The position numbers and the translations under genes are program-made. Of a DNA stretch of 64,000 nucleotides, positions 47,569 to 59,618 are shown in pieces. The first letter of the stretch is position 1, and every line of letters begins with the position of its first letter. The stretch lies in assembly GCA_010015805.1 (NCBI GenBank), contig ML978121.1:3410001-3474000 (forward strand), in the 5' to 3' direction. Origin of the DNA: Rhizodiscina lignyota (lineage: Eukaryota). A model generated the notes under the pieces. The model saw nothing but the letters and a program-made list of their open reading frames with translations, did no database searches and was not told the origin of the DNA.

Positions 47569-50500
47569 TCAAAGGAATCCGGATTCAGACAGAAGCCTAA
47601 TCAAGGAAAACAATTGATCAGCTTCAGTCCAACGCTCACTTCACACCTGCAGCCCAGGAACGGGATCTGCGTTATGTGGTGGGTCTGGCGGTGATATTTT
47701 GTAGATTATGCGAGAGGAAAGGCGCTCTGGAGCCTATGGTCGACCAACCTTGCAATTTTCTCATCCTCCCTCTCCCGTGGCTCGACCTGCAGACTCATCT
47801 CGTACATCTCGTGTACGTCACCCGCGGTCCTCATGTTATTCAGAATGTACTCTTGCAACTCAGGAACTGGTTGCAGCGGATACGGAACTTTTTGGTATTG
47901 TTGAATACCGCTAATGACATCAGCAGTTTTGGCACGCTTGGCGAAGTTGATGAGGTTGGTCTTCTTGATGATCGAGGGGATACCGTCTTCGATAAATGTT
48001 AGGTCGGTAAGGTAGACACCTGATGGAACGCAAGTTAGCCTCTGAAGCTGATACGAGGTATCAATAGCGGTATGCCTGGGATGTGTAATCGCAAGAGAAA
48101 AGGGAATATACCAAAGAAGGGTATGCATGGAGGGTTTGCTTTTGTAAGCGTCTCGCGGTACTCGTTGAAGTTCTTCGTGCTGCCCATGAGCTTGCGCATC
48201 TGTTCCAGAGTGTGCATCGTCTTCGCGTTCACTCCGTTCCACGTTCTCTGAAGACGGTGAATAGGTGCTGTGCCAAGGGCGGAGATAATGGATGTAAGGG
48301 TCGAGAAGTTGTTCAGCTGTCGACAACGCTGTTTGATCGTGAGTATCTGGACGAAAGCTTGGGGAAAGCACACGGGAGGCGCACATCAGCAACTGTAACA
48401 AACCGTTTGATGACCACCACACGATTCTTCACCGCAGGCTGCGCCAGAATCATTTGCGCTACCCAGTTGGTGAGCTGATTACTATGTAAGATCAACTCCT
48501 TCACGTTCTTGGCAGGATCCGCGTCGTCGGCATTCAGTTTCTTCTGCCAAGTCTTGTTGAGGCATTCTGTCGGCTTGATCTTGCCATACAGCCTGCTTTC
48601 AATGATAGTGAGTTGTCTTGCGAACTCAGTCTCGTCGATGTCCAGGAACTTGAGCTTCTTCATGTTCTTTGGCAGGATAGGTTGAGGGGTTTGGGGGTTG
48701 AGTGTGAGGATGAGGCGCTTGGTCGGGATATCTTGCCCTCGAGCTCGTTGCTCGACGGCCTGTATGAGTGGCGTGGCGCCTGGAGTATTTGTTGTTGCTA
48801 CGTGATCCTTTGCGAAAGTGAACACACGTTGGATGAGCTGATGAGCCTCGTCGTTGTCTCCCTCCATCCAATAAGTGTCAAACCAGGATTTGAGAATGTT
48901 GACAACGCGGAATCTAGTCGGCTTCTGCTTCTTGTCAACCCAGGTCTGGTAGTCTTCTGAGGACAGGCTATATCGCGGCTGTATCTTCCATCGCTGTACG
49001 ATCATCTCGAAAAGCTCTGCGCCTGTGGTGAAGGACCGATACGTGAGGAGAAATGTATTGTTGAAAGTAGAGTCGAGACGATCATGCCGAGTAAGCTGTT
49101 CGACAAGAGCGGCCAATGTCCCTCCTCGTAGTATGGGAGGGTTCGTCTTCATGTCATATGCAATCTCTCCCTCATGGTCCAGCCGCAAGAAATCTGGAAT
49201 GTCCTCGGCCACCGGCACTGCTGGAGGAGCAGGCACCTCGCCAAAGAACTTTTTGAGTTTCTCGTTCTCTCCATTCTGGTAATTCTGTGCCGCTGGATCG
49301 ACCGGAGGCTGTGGATGACTCGGTTGAGAAGGGGGCGGGCGCTCCGCAGATATTGACTTCGAACGGCCATGGTCGTAGCTACCATTTCTGGGTTGGTCTT
49401 TGGCAGCTGCTGGATCCACTGCGGGGACCATCTCGGACAACAGCTGCAAAGAGAAGAATACTTGTGATGTTGATGTTTCCAATTCACGAGATATCGCGCG
49501 AACGTTGTTCATGCGATCCTCGAGCGAATCGCCGCGAGTATCTGACCATTCATCGCCCAATGGCGCAGCGACCGCTTGACACGAGAGCACCAACTCTGAT
49601 ATGCTGTCATAAACCTTCTGCTTCTGAACGCTAAAGTCCATGAGCTGGGCACTGGGGAATCCAGAGCCAAGTGCGGAGAGGTTGAGTGATTCGACGGTTG
49701 ATATCCACGGCGCGTAATAGTCGAGTACAGCTTTGCAAGCTTTGCACACTGTATCGCCTATTGCACGATGCTTCAGAGGAGTGATGAGTGTGTCTCGCAA
49801 TACTAATTGCTCGTTAAGCCTTCGCAGTGCGGTAACAATCATGCGCTTGTAGTCCTCGAGGCGCTCCAGTATCTTGTTATCCAAGCGCTTCACCGGCTCT
49901 ATCAACGGCTCATAGTCATCCTGGTCGAGGTAGGATGTCCCAGAACTTGAACTTCCATCTTGCACTGCGACGCCGTTATTCTGCCAGCTACCACCATTGT
50001 AGCTGCCTGCGACGAAGCCTGGAATCAGCCGTGGAATTTCTTCTCCACGCTGGCGCCTAGCAACTTCAACAAAGCCGTACATGCCATTTAGCACACCCTC
50101 AGCCTCTCGAAGACATTTCGCGTATGAGTCTGGAGGTGGCCAATCCGTCGAGGCGATATGTGATGAGAGAACCAGTTTCGAAAACCTTGACATCGTTTCT
50201 CGGAAATGGGGGTAGAGACTTCTGTTGGAGTTGATGATGGAAGGATTGCCAGAGTGATTGTCTGTAGTACCCGAGCCAGCAGCGAAGATGAGTCGAAGGT
50301 GATCTGAAATATCTTCGACTCTCCTCACGAACTCGGACTTGTCGCCTGTATTGATAGTCTGCCTGTAGCGTTCCACAGATCGTCGCATATCCTCTACAAG
50401 CCGGTTCCACGTCAACGGTATAGGATTTACATCATCAAAGAATTTGCGCGACCTTGTTATCGTGGGTTGCGCACCCAGAGCACCGCTTGTGAAGGAAGTC

Positions 50501-51294
50501 ATTGATGTGTCTTGGGTAGGTAATGTCTTCGAGAAGCTGGTATCGGTAAAGCCACCTCGCGCGCGTGAAGTTGGTGAACTTTGATTTAGAGAGTCGACAG
50601 AGGTCGCGGGTGATACGCCGTTGAAGCGCAGTTTGGCTCGTGACTCTACCTTTCCTTCGGCATCTGACGCAGAAGTATCGTAGTCAGTGTCATCTTCCCT
50701 TTCATAGCCGCCTGCCAAAAGCTCAGGTGGTGGTCTTGTTGAGTCTGGGATGTACACGTTCGTACGGTCTCTAGGCCCGTTCTCGGCAGTGCTTGTAGGC
50801 GTCTCAAGAGGTAGCTCCATTGTACTCTGGCCAGTCAGAGTGTTGAAATAGAACAATCGCCCGTCTTGCATTGCCTGCGGGATCCAGAAAGCCGCTTCTT
50901 CCTGCCCTTTGTGCCCGACAATGCCTTCGAGAGGAAGTTCTGTGTCATCCTTGAAATTGCCATCACTGTCCGCATCCTCATATTCGTCACCATCATATTC
51001 GCCCTTTATCTCCGCATCATCTTCCTCTTCCTCTTCCTCTTCTCTTCTCCCACCAAGCTCGTCATACCCATCGTCAATATTCGGTCTAGGCACCACAGCG
51101 CAGTAGTTGCTTGGAAACCACCCTCTCACCCCATTGATCACGCCATCCCACCAGCCACTTTCCAATTGGGTTATAACCTGAATGATATCGCCCTGACGGA
51201 AGGAAAGAGAGGTGCGGTCGTCGGCATCGTAGTCGTAGAGGGCGCGGACATACATGCCGCCAGGAGGCACGACGGTACCGGGATAGCCATTCAT
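47569..51294 (-). CDS. CDC25: Ras guanine-nucleotide exchange factor (SH3, WW, REM, CDC25 domains), 3 introns near the 3' end
   Basis: SH3 VRALYDY...GWWDG...GWFPSNY, WW-like FWIPQ...YFNTLTG, REM FLLTYRSFTT, RasGEF EFARQLT, LNNFS, PPCIPFFGVYLTDLTFIEDG, INFAKR, ending LLSESGFL*. Confidence 0.95.
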
Positions 51295-53313
51295 TTTGGC
51301 CTTTGTGCCCGGCCCAGGCGAGCGTGCTTCAGGCGTGCAACTCAGAACAGACTCTGTCGTTTGCGTTGTCCGTTATGCTGACAGGGAGATGTTGAAGGAC
51401 ATGAGATAGAGGTCGCGAGAGCTCCCTTGCAGGGCCCAGTTTTTCCCTTTGGAGCACGGCTTGCGCGGCGCGGGGAAGAATGAAGGGTAAAAGAAAGGGT
51501 ATTTTGATAATAGTCGGCGGGAATATTGGCTGGGCGAGAAAACAACCAGACGACGAGGCGGGCGCTGCACAAACGTCTTTTCGCGGTGGAGAGAGCTTTT
51601 CGTGACCCGGCTGCCGCAACGGCGGTAGGATAGGGATGCTGGTGCTTGGGGATATTTCGACGCGAGTATTCAGGCGATGGCAGAAGAACCTTGCCTGGCG
51701 ATAATGGGGTAGGGATGTTCGCTCGGCTCTGTCCCACTCCGGTATAGCTGGCTGTTCAGCACAAAGAGCGTCGAGGTCGAGAGTCCGTCAGCAGCAGAGC
51801 GAGCGAGAAGACAATAGCACGTTGCGCGAGGTGAGCAGAAATGTGCGTAGGTGGTGTGCTGGAGTATGGAGACGCGCCGGAGTCGTTCAGGATGCAGACA
51901 GTCGCGTCTAGCAGCTGTATGGCTGAGTAGCCGCCATGGGCCCTTGAGCTTCTGCGAGTCGGTGGCTTCGAGCTCAAAGAAGAAGATTCGCGCTAACTCC
52001 TGTTCGTTGCAAGCACCGCGAATACAGTCAAGGAGCAGCTACGAACCAGAGCGCAGGAGCCAGAAAGTGGATAGGTGCATTTGCCGTGCACCGTGCAATT
52101 GAGCGCGGAGCTGCGGGATCCGCCCGAGAGTCAAAGCACCTTTGCAAACAGGCTTCCATGCCCTTTTGAGCGTCTTATCCTTTTTATTTGTAGCGGTAGT
52201 TAATGCTGCTAGGGCTACCTAGGTAGGTACTGTCCGTACTCCTCGACATGCAATAGTATCAGCAGACATTTGCGGGGCTCGAATATCAACCGCCTCGGGG
52301 CATCCTAAGCTGGCCATCACCACCCTGACAGTTGCATGTGCCTCTGTATGCCACAGACAACTTGTCTTGAGGATGTCTATAGGCCTCTACGGATCATTGG
52401 AACCGTCGATTCAACGCCATTCCCGTCATTTCTCGCATGTGTCGTCCGAGCTCCTTCTCAATATGTGTCAAAAGCGTTACAAGTCCCCTGAAACGGTCCG
52501 ATTTTGGCCCCAGGCACAACTCCACAGGCCGGCTAGTTAGGATCTGGGGAACAAATTATAGATCTTCGAACCGTTAGGGTTGGGCCGATGAACCGATCCC
52601 TGTGCTGGCGTTTGCTGTCGCGTCGAGAAATTGGGAGGAAAAGGGGCAGACGTCCTTCGAAAGCTCTCTTTGGACGCCTCCACCACAAGCCCCCTGCGCG
52701 TCTCCAGCCTTGTCGCGACAATACGTCTGCAAATTTAAGACTTTCAGTCGTGAACGCGTGTTGAACGAGCAACGGAAATCTATATTGGCTACCAACTGCA
52801 AAATGAGCCGATCACTCGGCCCTGTCAATCTATGGCAGAAGATATCCCACTGAGCGCTCAACCATGCTTCTAGCCCCAGCCCCTTGGTCATGGAACAGCC
52901 CCCCAACAATGAGTGCGTACACATTACTCTAGGGCCGCAAGATTAATCCCAAAGCAGATCAAGACCATAACTTTTTGGAGAGCCATTTCAATACTGAACA
53001 CTGGGAGAGGTGGAGGGAAGGCAAGCTGAGCCACGGTTTGTGAGAGATGGCCGCCGAACAATTTTCTCAAAAACAGCAGAGCGATCAGTGTCGCCAGCGT
53101 GCAGAAGACCTTAACGATGCCCCATATTTATGCACCGCCAAGTGAAAGGAAAGGAAATCAGTATGAGAAGAGAGATATCGATCGTACAACTTGAACGCCC
53201 CTCCGTGACTCCGTTTCCATGATCCGTGAGCTGTGATGCGAAGAATGGAGAACTGGAAAGCCACCCTGATCACACCATGCTCTGGGAATGGCTTGCAGAC
53301 TGCTTCGACAACT

Positions 53314-55417
53314 TCACGATGCAAGTGCTCGAGCACCTGGGTTACCGCCTCGTCCGCGGCTTTGGCGGCCCTTTGCTGGGACAGTGCTCCATCCATCATC
53401 TTCCATGGTCTCAGCAGTTGGACTCGCGTTAGCGGCAGCAGCAGAGTGGGGGACTGAACCCTTTCTCCAAGAACCGCTTGGTCCTCGTGGAGGATCGCGA
53501 GTGACCTGCTTCGGCTTCACAGCCTTGTCTTCGACGATGTTGCCATTCGCTGGCGCATCCTCTCCATCGTTCCCCTCTTCTCCAGCATCATTCTCTCCGT
53601 CTTCATCAGTCACACGCCGAAGAATCTCATAGTTTGCGGCAGGGGCCTTCTCTTCTCCCTCTTCCTGGGCATCAGCCCTTCCATTCTCCTGCACCGGACT
53701 GGCCACGCTCTCCTTGGGACTAGAAACCTTTTCAGCTTTCTCCTTCTCTGCTTTGGCCTTGCGCTCCTCGCGAGCCTTGTCATCGGCCTCCTTCTTCTGG
53801 CGCAGCGCAAGCTGTCTCTTCTCTTCAATTTCACGCTCCCTTCCAGCAGTATCGATGGGCTTGGCAGCGCCGAATGGGCTGGCCTTGGAATCGCTTGCAG
53901 ACGCAATGGGGCTTGGCTCGGCCTCAGAGACTGTCCTCTTTTGAAGATTCAGCTTCGGCCTGGAGGTGAGCGGGGCCGCCTGCGCAGGCGAAGATGGTGC
54001 GCTTGGCTCTGGGGTAGGCGAGGTTGACTTCTGCGAAGCAGGATCCGGTCTCATTCTAGCACGCCATTGATTGTCCATGTCGGCGGCAGTCGGAGCCCGC
54101 TCAATAGGTGGTGGACGTTCGCCACGTTCGCCACGTTCACCACGTTCACCTCGTTCGCGAAATTCACCTCTCGGTGGACGAGATCCGTCTTGGCTCCTGT
54201 TCGTCCCTTCACCCCATGCTGGGCTCAGCTTTCTCTCACGAGGAGCCTGCCCTTCCTGCGAGCGGACACGGCCACCCTCACGTCCAGGAGGGGCACCTGC
54301 TTGTGGGGACGCCGGTGGAAGAGGACCCTTTCTCTCCCAATTGCCGAAATCTCGGGTCTTGCCGTCATCATTGAAGGGTGCCTGTCTGCGGCCACCTCTG
54401 TCGCTGCTGGAGTCACCAGCAGCAGGTTCGTAGCCGCGATTGAAGCCACGCTCAGATGGGCGACGCTGCTGGTTGGGGAGATCTGGGAGAGGTCCTTTGC
54501 GAGTCCAGTCGTTCAATTCGCGCGCTTCTGGGCGATCCTTTGCTGTTCCTTTGGTGAGCAAACATCTTTTTGAAATCTAGTGGGGGAAGCGACGCACGTG
54601 GATCTGCCACACTGAGTCTGATATTACGGCCTTGGAATTGGGTTCCATCTTTCTCCAAAGCCTTCTTGAGCCCATCAAGGCTACTGAACTCAACGTATCC
54701 GAAGCCCTTCGGCTTGTGCTCCATCTTGTCCTCGACTATGCGGACATGCGAGACACCGCAGTCCTGGAAGAAATCGTGGACATCGCCTTCGGTAGCATCG
54801 AAAGAGAGGTTTCCAAGATGGGCTGTATATGGAGGCTTCGAAGGGAGAGGCAGTTGCTCACGCACGGCGAATCCGCGATCTGAAAGAAAGTTAGCCTGCC
54901 GAATATCGATACAAGGGCTGCACGCATACTGCTGAAACTTCCCTCACCCATTCCAGGGGCGGTGAATGTTCGACGTTCTCCTCCATAGCCCGTGCGTGAT
55001 TCTAGTGTGATGTCAACTAATTACTCCTTCGAGTTTGTCTCGGCAAGCGTGTCGTGGCGGTTGCACGAGAAGTTCTCGGAATTACTAACCAGCTATAAAA
55101 AGTCAATTCAAAGCGTGTAAGGGGAGTCGCACTATTACTTACTTGTCACCGGCATATCTTCCATTTCATCGGCCCATGATCCCAGAGCTTGATCGTGTTA
55201 GCCATAAGAGCACTGACGCGGGATTCAATTGGAGCGCATACATTGGTCGCCTAGGAAGTCTCCCAGGGACATCTTCTGGTTCTTCTTCGGAGCTATACAG
55301 CAGAGACATGTCAGTAATTGTCCATTTCCCGAGATGAGTTCCGGTCTCAAGGCCTCGAGCCGTCGTTTCTGGAGGCCAGCCTGACGCCGATCGCTCGCGA
55401 GGGAATTACGCACCCAT
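53314..55417 (-). CDS. TIF3: Translation initiation factor eIF4B (RRM), 5-6 introns
   Basis: MAPKKNQKMSLGDFLGDQSLGSWADEMED, RRM PPYTAHLGNLSFD...KGFGYVEF, DWTRKGPLP, RPKLNLQKRT and SPFGAAKPIDT. Confidence 0.92.
54114..54160 (-). repeat. 9-bp coding tandem repeat (RGE)n in eIF4B
   Basis: Plus strand acgttcgcc acgttcgcc acgttcacc acgttcacc tcgttcgcg, encoding RERGERGERGERGER. Confidence 0.85.
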
Positions 55418-56085
55418 GATTGCGAATTCAAGTCAGCGCGCCACAGAGAGCTGCGCGCTGCCTTGGTAGTAGTGTGCGGAGGCTCTTCAACCCTCCGGTT
55501 CGTTGTGGATCGAGGAACAGCACGTTGGATGCGTGAAGTGGTGGTTGAGAGATTCTTCGTTCGAAAGGAAAATAGCGATGTGGTTCGGTCCGTCAAAATT
55601 ACAGTTAGACCTGCGGTTGATGTCCTGATTAGGATTAGCGCATTTACATCTTAACTTTTACTTTACAGAGCAGACCAATCACGTGATCGTGGTCAGTACC
55701 CGACGCCCTGGACCGAAGACAAATAGCTAATGTCAAATTTCTCTAACTTGCAGAGTATGTAGTTCTAAATAACCAACTACATGTCAGTCCCTTTCAGGCT
55801 ATCAACTACTCAGCGTTGATTATTGGTGAGTTTAGCGTCTGAAAATGGAAGATTCTGACAAAACTTTCTACTGCGTTTTCCCCCAATTTTAAGGCTCTAT
55901 TCTACTCTAATATATTTAACAGTCCTTGAAGTTCATATGCGCGCCAAGAACCGAACAGTTCCCGTCGCCGGTGAGGAGCTGGCACAGGCTGGTTGATCTG
56001 GCCGAGCCTCGCGGAGACTCGAGATCTCAGCTCGTGAAGGTTTCAGCTTCTTTTCCATCGCGACCATCTCAGGCCATCAGCAACA

Positions 56086-57732
56086 ATGGCATGGTCTCCA
56101 TCAATCGGTGACATTCTTGCTCTTTACGATCTTGCTCAAAGTATATACGTAGGATGTCGTAATGCACCGGATGAGTTCACGGCCGTACAGATCAATGTAT
56201 GCTCTATAATGTGCTCTGTGAGCGCGATATCCCGCGCTTCGAAAGATAAAAGATCTATACTTAACAGGGACGAAAGCACTCGACGAGACGTCAGGACACA
56301 ATCTGGCATGTGTCACCAGCTGCTTACGCAGGTTAGGGAGGTGCAGAAGAAGTATCCGAACCGGAATATGACTGTGAGCCAAAGGGCAGCGTGGCACTTT
56401 AGTGACAGGGCGAAGCTCTACGACAAAGTTGGACAGCTTGATAAGCTCGTGCAAAACTTCAGCACATTCTTGAACATTGTAAGTATCCAAACTATAGATT
56501 CACGAGCTTGGACCTAACCGATCCAACAGCTTGGGCTTGTCAGTCCGCAAGACATAGAGCCGGAATTTGATAGAACTACGGACGCGAACATCGCCACAGA
56601 TAGTGCTATTTCGAAGTCCGGCAGGAGCGTTTCCAAAGACGATAGGAACATGCTACTTGAATATGCTCGCCACATGAGAGAGTACGAAAGACTCATCGGC
56701 GAACAACCGAATGCAATATCACTAGTTGCTATCCAACAACGTCTAGAATGCTGGACGATTGACACTGTTACCGCGCGAAACAACAGGGACAGCACGATCG
56801 GAATGCCAAAAAAGCAGGAGCGCAGCCAAATACGCTTACAGCAGATGGCAGAAGAGTTTCAAAACAGTACTTTCAGACTTCCTGACGGCGATAGACATGA
56901 ACGAGTCAGGCGTATTCTGGAGCTGCGCAATGTTCGCGAGAACAGTCGCAGCATAAGATGGGTCTATGTAGCTGGTCGAGTCGTTGAGTATGAGTCGATT
57001 GGCGCGGATGACTCCGCCACGCAGACCGTCATGGTAATCATCAGAGCCATGGAGGACGACGCTGAACTTCGTAAAACCAGACCCATCAGGCCCCCGTCAC
57101 GAACTCGTTCAACCGAAAATCTGAGACCACAGTACGACGCCCGCAAGTCCCCGGAGCCAGGTCGGGAGAAAACCCGGGCCATACCACTCCCAGTATCTAG
57201 AGCGCCGCTTCCAGATACTCAAAAATACGAAGCCATAATGACCCAAGCAATTACACGCCCTCAACAGCGGCCTCATGATGGACTACTTAATCCACAGCCA
57301 ACACGAATTGTACGTGTCGTTTCAGACCCAGGACGCAAACCGCATCTGAAGCTACCTCCAGGATCCTCCCGAGGTACCTCACCTACTCCATCAGATATCG
57401 CGAGCGTCACCACAACCAACACAATAATCAAGCGCATACACACCGATGGTCGTTGCAAGTGGGGTGCCAAGTGCATGACACGTCGATGTCCCAACAAACA
57501 CCCGCCCTTATGTGAGCAAGGGGACAAGTGTCGAAGCCTTTCCTGTTTCTATGAACACCCAACCTTATTTTTATGCCCCAATGGAGTAGACTGCAGAAGA
57601 GATCATTGCAATAAGGAGCACGGCAGTCGGCAATGCAAGCAGGACCCGTGTACCGATGATAATTGTGCGATGAGGCATTGCGCTGGACAAAAGGCTGTCT
57701 TAGGATGGTGGGCGATACAGCGCATGGATTGA
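56086..57732 (+). CDS. 531-aa protein with a HeLo/SesA-like N-terminal domain and four C-terminal CCCH zinc fingers
   Basis: Exons 56086-56478 and 56530-57732 (intron GTAAGT...CTAAC...CAG, in frame). N-terminus SIGDILALYDLAQSIYVGCRNAPDEF. Three Cx5Cx4Cx3H fingers and one Cx4Cx4Cx3H finger. Confidence 0.8.
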
Positions 57733-58699
57733 TGAGTCAGCTGAAATGCGGACGCCTTTAGATGGTATAGTTTAAGCACGATCACAATAGAATACATATT
57801 AAATCGTTGTTGCCCTCCGCTTGGGAACAGTGCCAATGGCCCCGCACTCCCATGGAAGTATCAACAGCTCCTGCAGACCCGCCCCATCTATACGACTGCC
57901 AATGAAAGCGGATCGAGCTGCAATTTCACGCGTTGTACCATCAAGCACTAACATACAGCATGTCCGCTCCTGAGGCAGCCGTGATAATGGATTGCTGCAA
58001 AAGTCCCTGGGGCCGTCTCGTAATATAAAATGCTCCGGAGAAGGAGAGACGAGGATGCATTAGCGGCAGGAATCATCGTGATGACTTCATAGTGAGTCCT
58101 TTCCACGTTGGGAGTGTCAAAAAATGTCCAGCCCCTCTAGTCGGGCTTGGAGCCAGAAAGTACAACTCCTTCACGAGTGTGGAAATTGATAGAGATCGAG
58201 AAGCTGCAAGGGAAACTACGAACCGTGGTGCAGGTGTGGCGAGACGAGGAGCCAAGGGCTGACATTGAGATTGAAACAGATCGAGACAGGAGTGTATTTA
58301 GGTAGAGGGAAGGGGTTGAGTGTGAATTAGAGATAGAGATCGAGTGGAAATGCATCATACAGGTCAGGACGAGCGCGAAACGGCACAGCGGGATTGTCTG
58401 CGGGAATCGTGACACTGAGCATGAAAGCAAGGCGTTATCGAGCGGTGATCAAAATGAGACGAGGGTGAGGGCAAGGGAGGAAGGCATGGCTTTTATAGGG
58501 AGTAGAGCGGTTCAGCTGCGGTATTACATTAGGAGGAGCGGAATGGATCTTACGCTATACTACAAGAGGAAAGGTCCCCTGAACCCAGGCGAATTTCCCT
58601 TCGACAGCTTTACAGCATCAGACAACTACTCTTTCACCGGAAACTGCTGGCACGCCGGAACCTCCGTGAGCGCTGTTTTCCTTCTCAAGTCTGTCGTTG

Positions 58700-59618
58700 A
58701 TGGAAGGAAACTCGAGTAGCAATGCCGTCGAGTTTCCGTCGCACCGACAGATGGCTCAGCCGGTGCTGTGGCCTTCCTTGAAAGCAGGTGCATTTGCAGG
58801 TCAGTGTGTTAAACCCCTTACCTCTATCATTTCGTTGCCCAATTCGCAATCGAAGGCAGTGCCGGCGCCTTGATTCATTTTGAAAAGAGCACACGTGTAA
58901 ATGTCTTCTCTTGAGTCATAACGAATGCTCCTCAGACTGCCGGAAACTGACGAATTACAGGCACTGCTGGACTTCTCGTCGGCGGCACTGCAGGTATTAT
59001 AAGAACTAATACTCCTGCTTTATTTGCAATTGCCTCGGGAATCCAATGTAGTCTTTTGGGCACCACATTCTGGGGTAATCGCCGTTCATCACGTCATCGT
59101 ATGGTCTATGGCTGAGAAGTTGATAGCTACGAGGACCAACGTCCTAAATGCGTGGAACACTGGAAACCTTACAAATTCGGACCGTCGGAAGGCTAGTGCA
59201 ATTGCTGGAGCAGTAGCTGGCGGGACAGTTGGAGCTGTTACACGTGAGTCGCGCAGCACATTTGTTCCTCGCTTCTATGTTTTCTTACAATCCGCTAGGC
59301 GGCCCTTCAAATATTCTCCCGGGCATCATTGTTATGTCAGGTCTAGGATATTTGGGCCAAACCGTCTATGACAAGCTTGACGCGCGGAACACGGAGCAAG
59401 TCGCGAAAGGGCCTCAGGAAAAGCTATGGGTGCGAATGGCTAAATCAAAATGGAGCCCGATGAAGGCAATCTCTGATGAAGAGTATGAGGCTATGTTGCA
59501 AGAGAAGATACTCAAGCTTGACGTCGAAATCGCTCTCATCGACGAACGCATCGAGGAGGCGAAGAAGGATGGCAACCTTCAGGCAGTTGCAAAGGAAGAA
59601 ACCAATAGACGGAGCTGA
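58700..59618 (+). CDS. Small fungal membrane protein, Gly-rich TM segments reminiscent of the Tim17/22/23 family, 3 introns
   Basis: Spliced GAFAGTAGLLVGGTAGII, FAIASGIQ, ASAIAGAVAGG, GGPSNILPG, KWSPMKAISDEEY and LDVEIALIDERI. Confidence 0.7.

Noticed and set aside
52574..52582. AACCCTAAC on the minus strand (1.5 telomeric repeats) beside stem-rich sequence, as a possible telomerase RNA template
   Set aside because: A few 9-nt matches are expected by chance in 64 kb. There is little room for a ~2-kb TER between the eIF4B 3' end and the CDC25 leader, and I identified no pseudoknot or P6.1 element.
57990..58270. AAAAGTCCC and GAGAA motifs suggesting RNase MRP RNA, and GTGATGA...CTGA suggesting a C/D snoRNA
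   Set aside because: The CR-I consensus is not matched and there is no convincing CR-V. The C and D boxes are far apart, with no terminal stem or recognisable rRNA guide.
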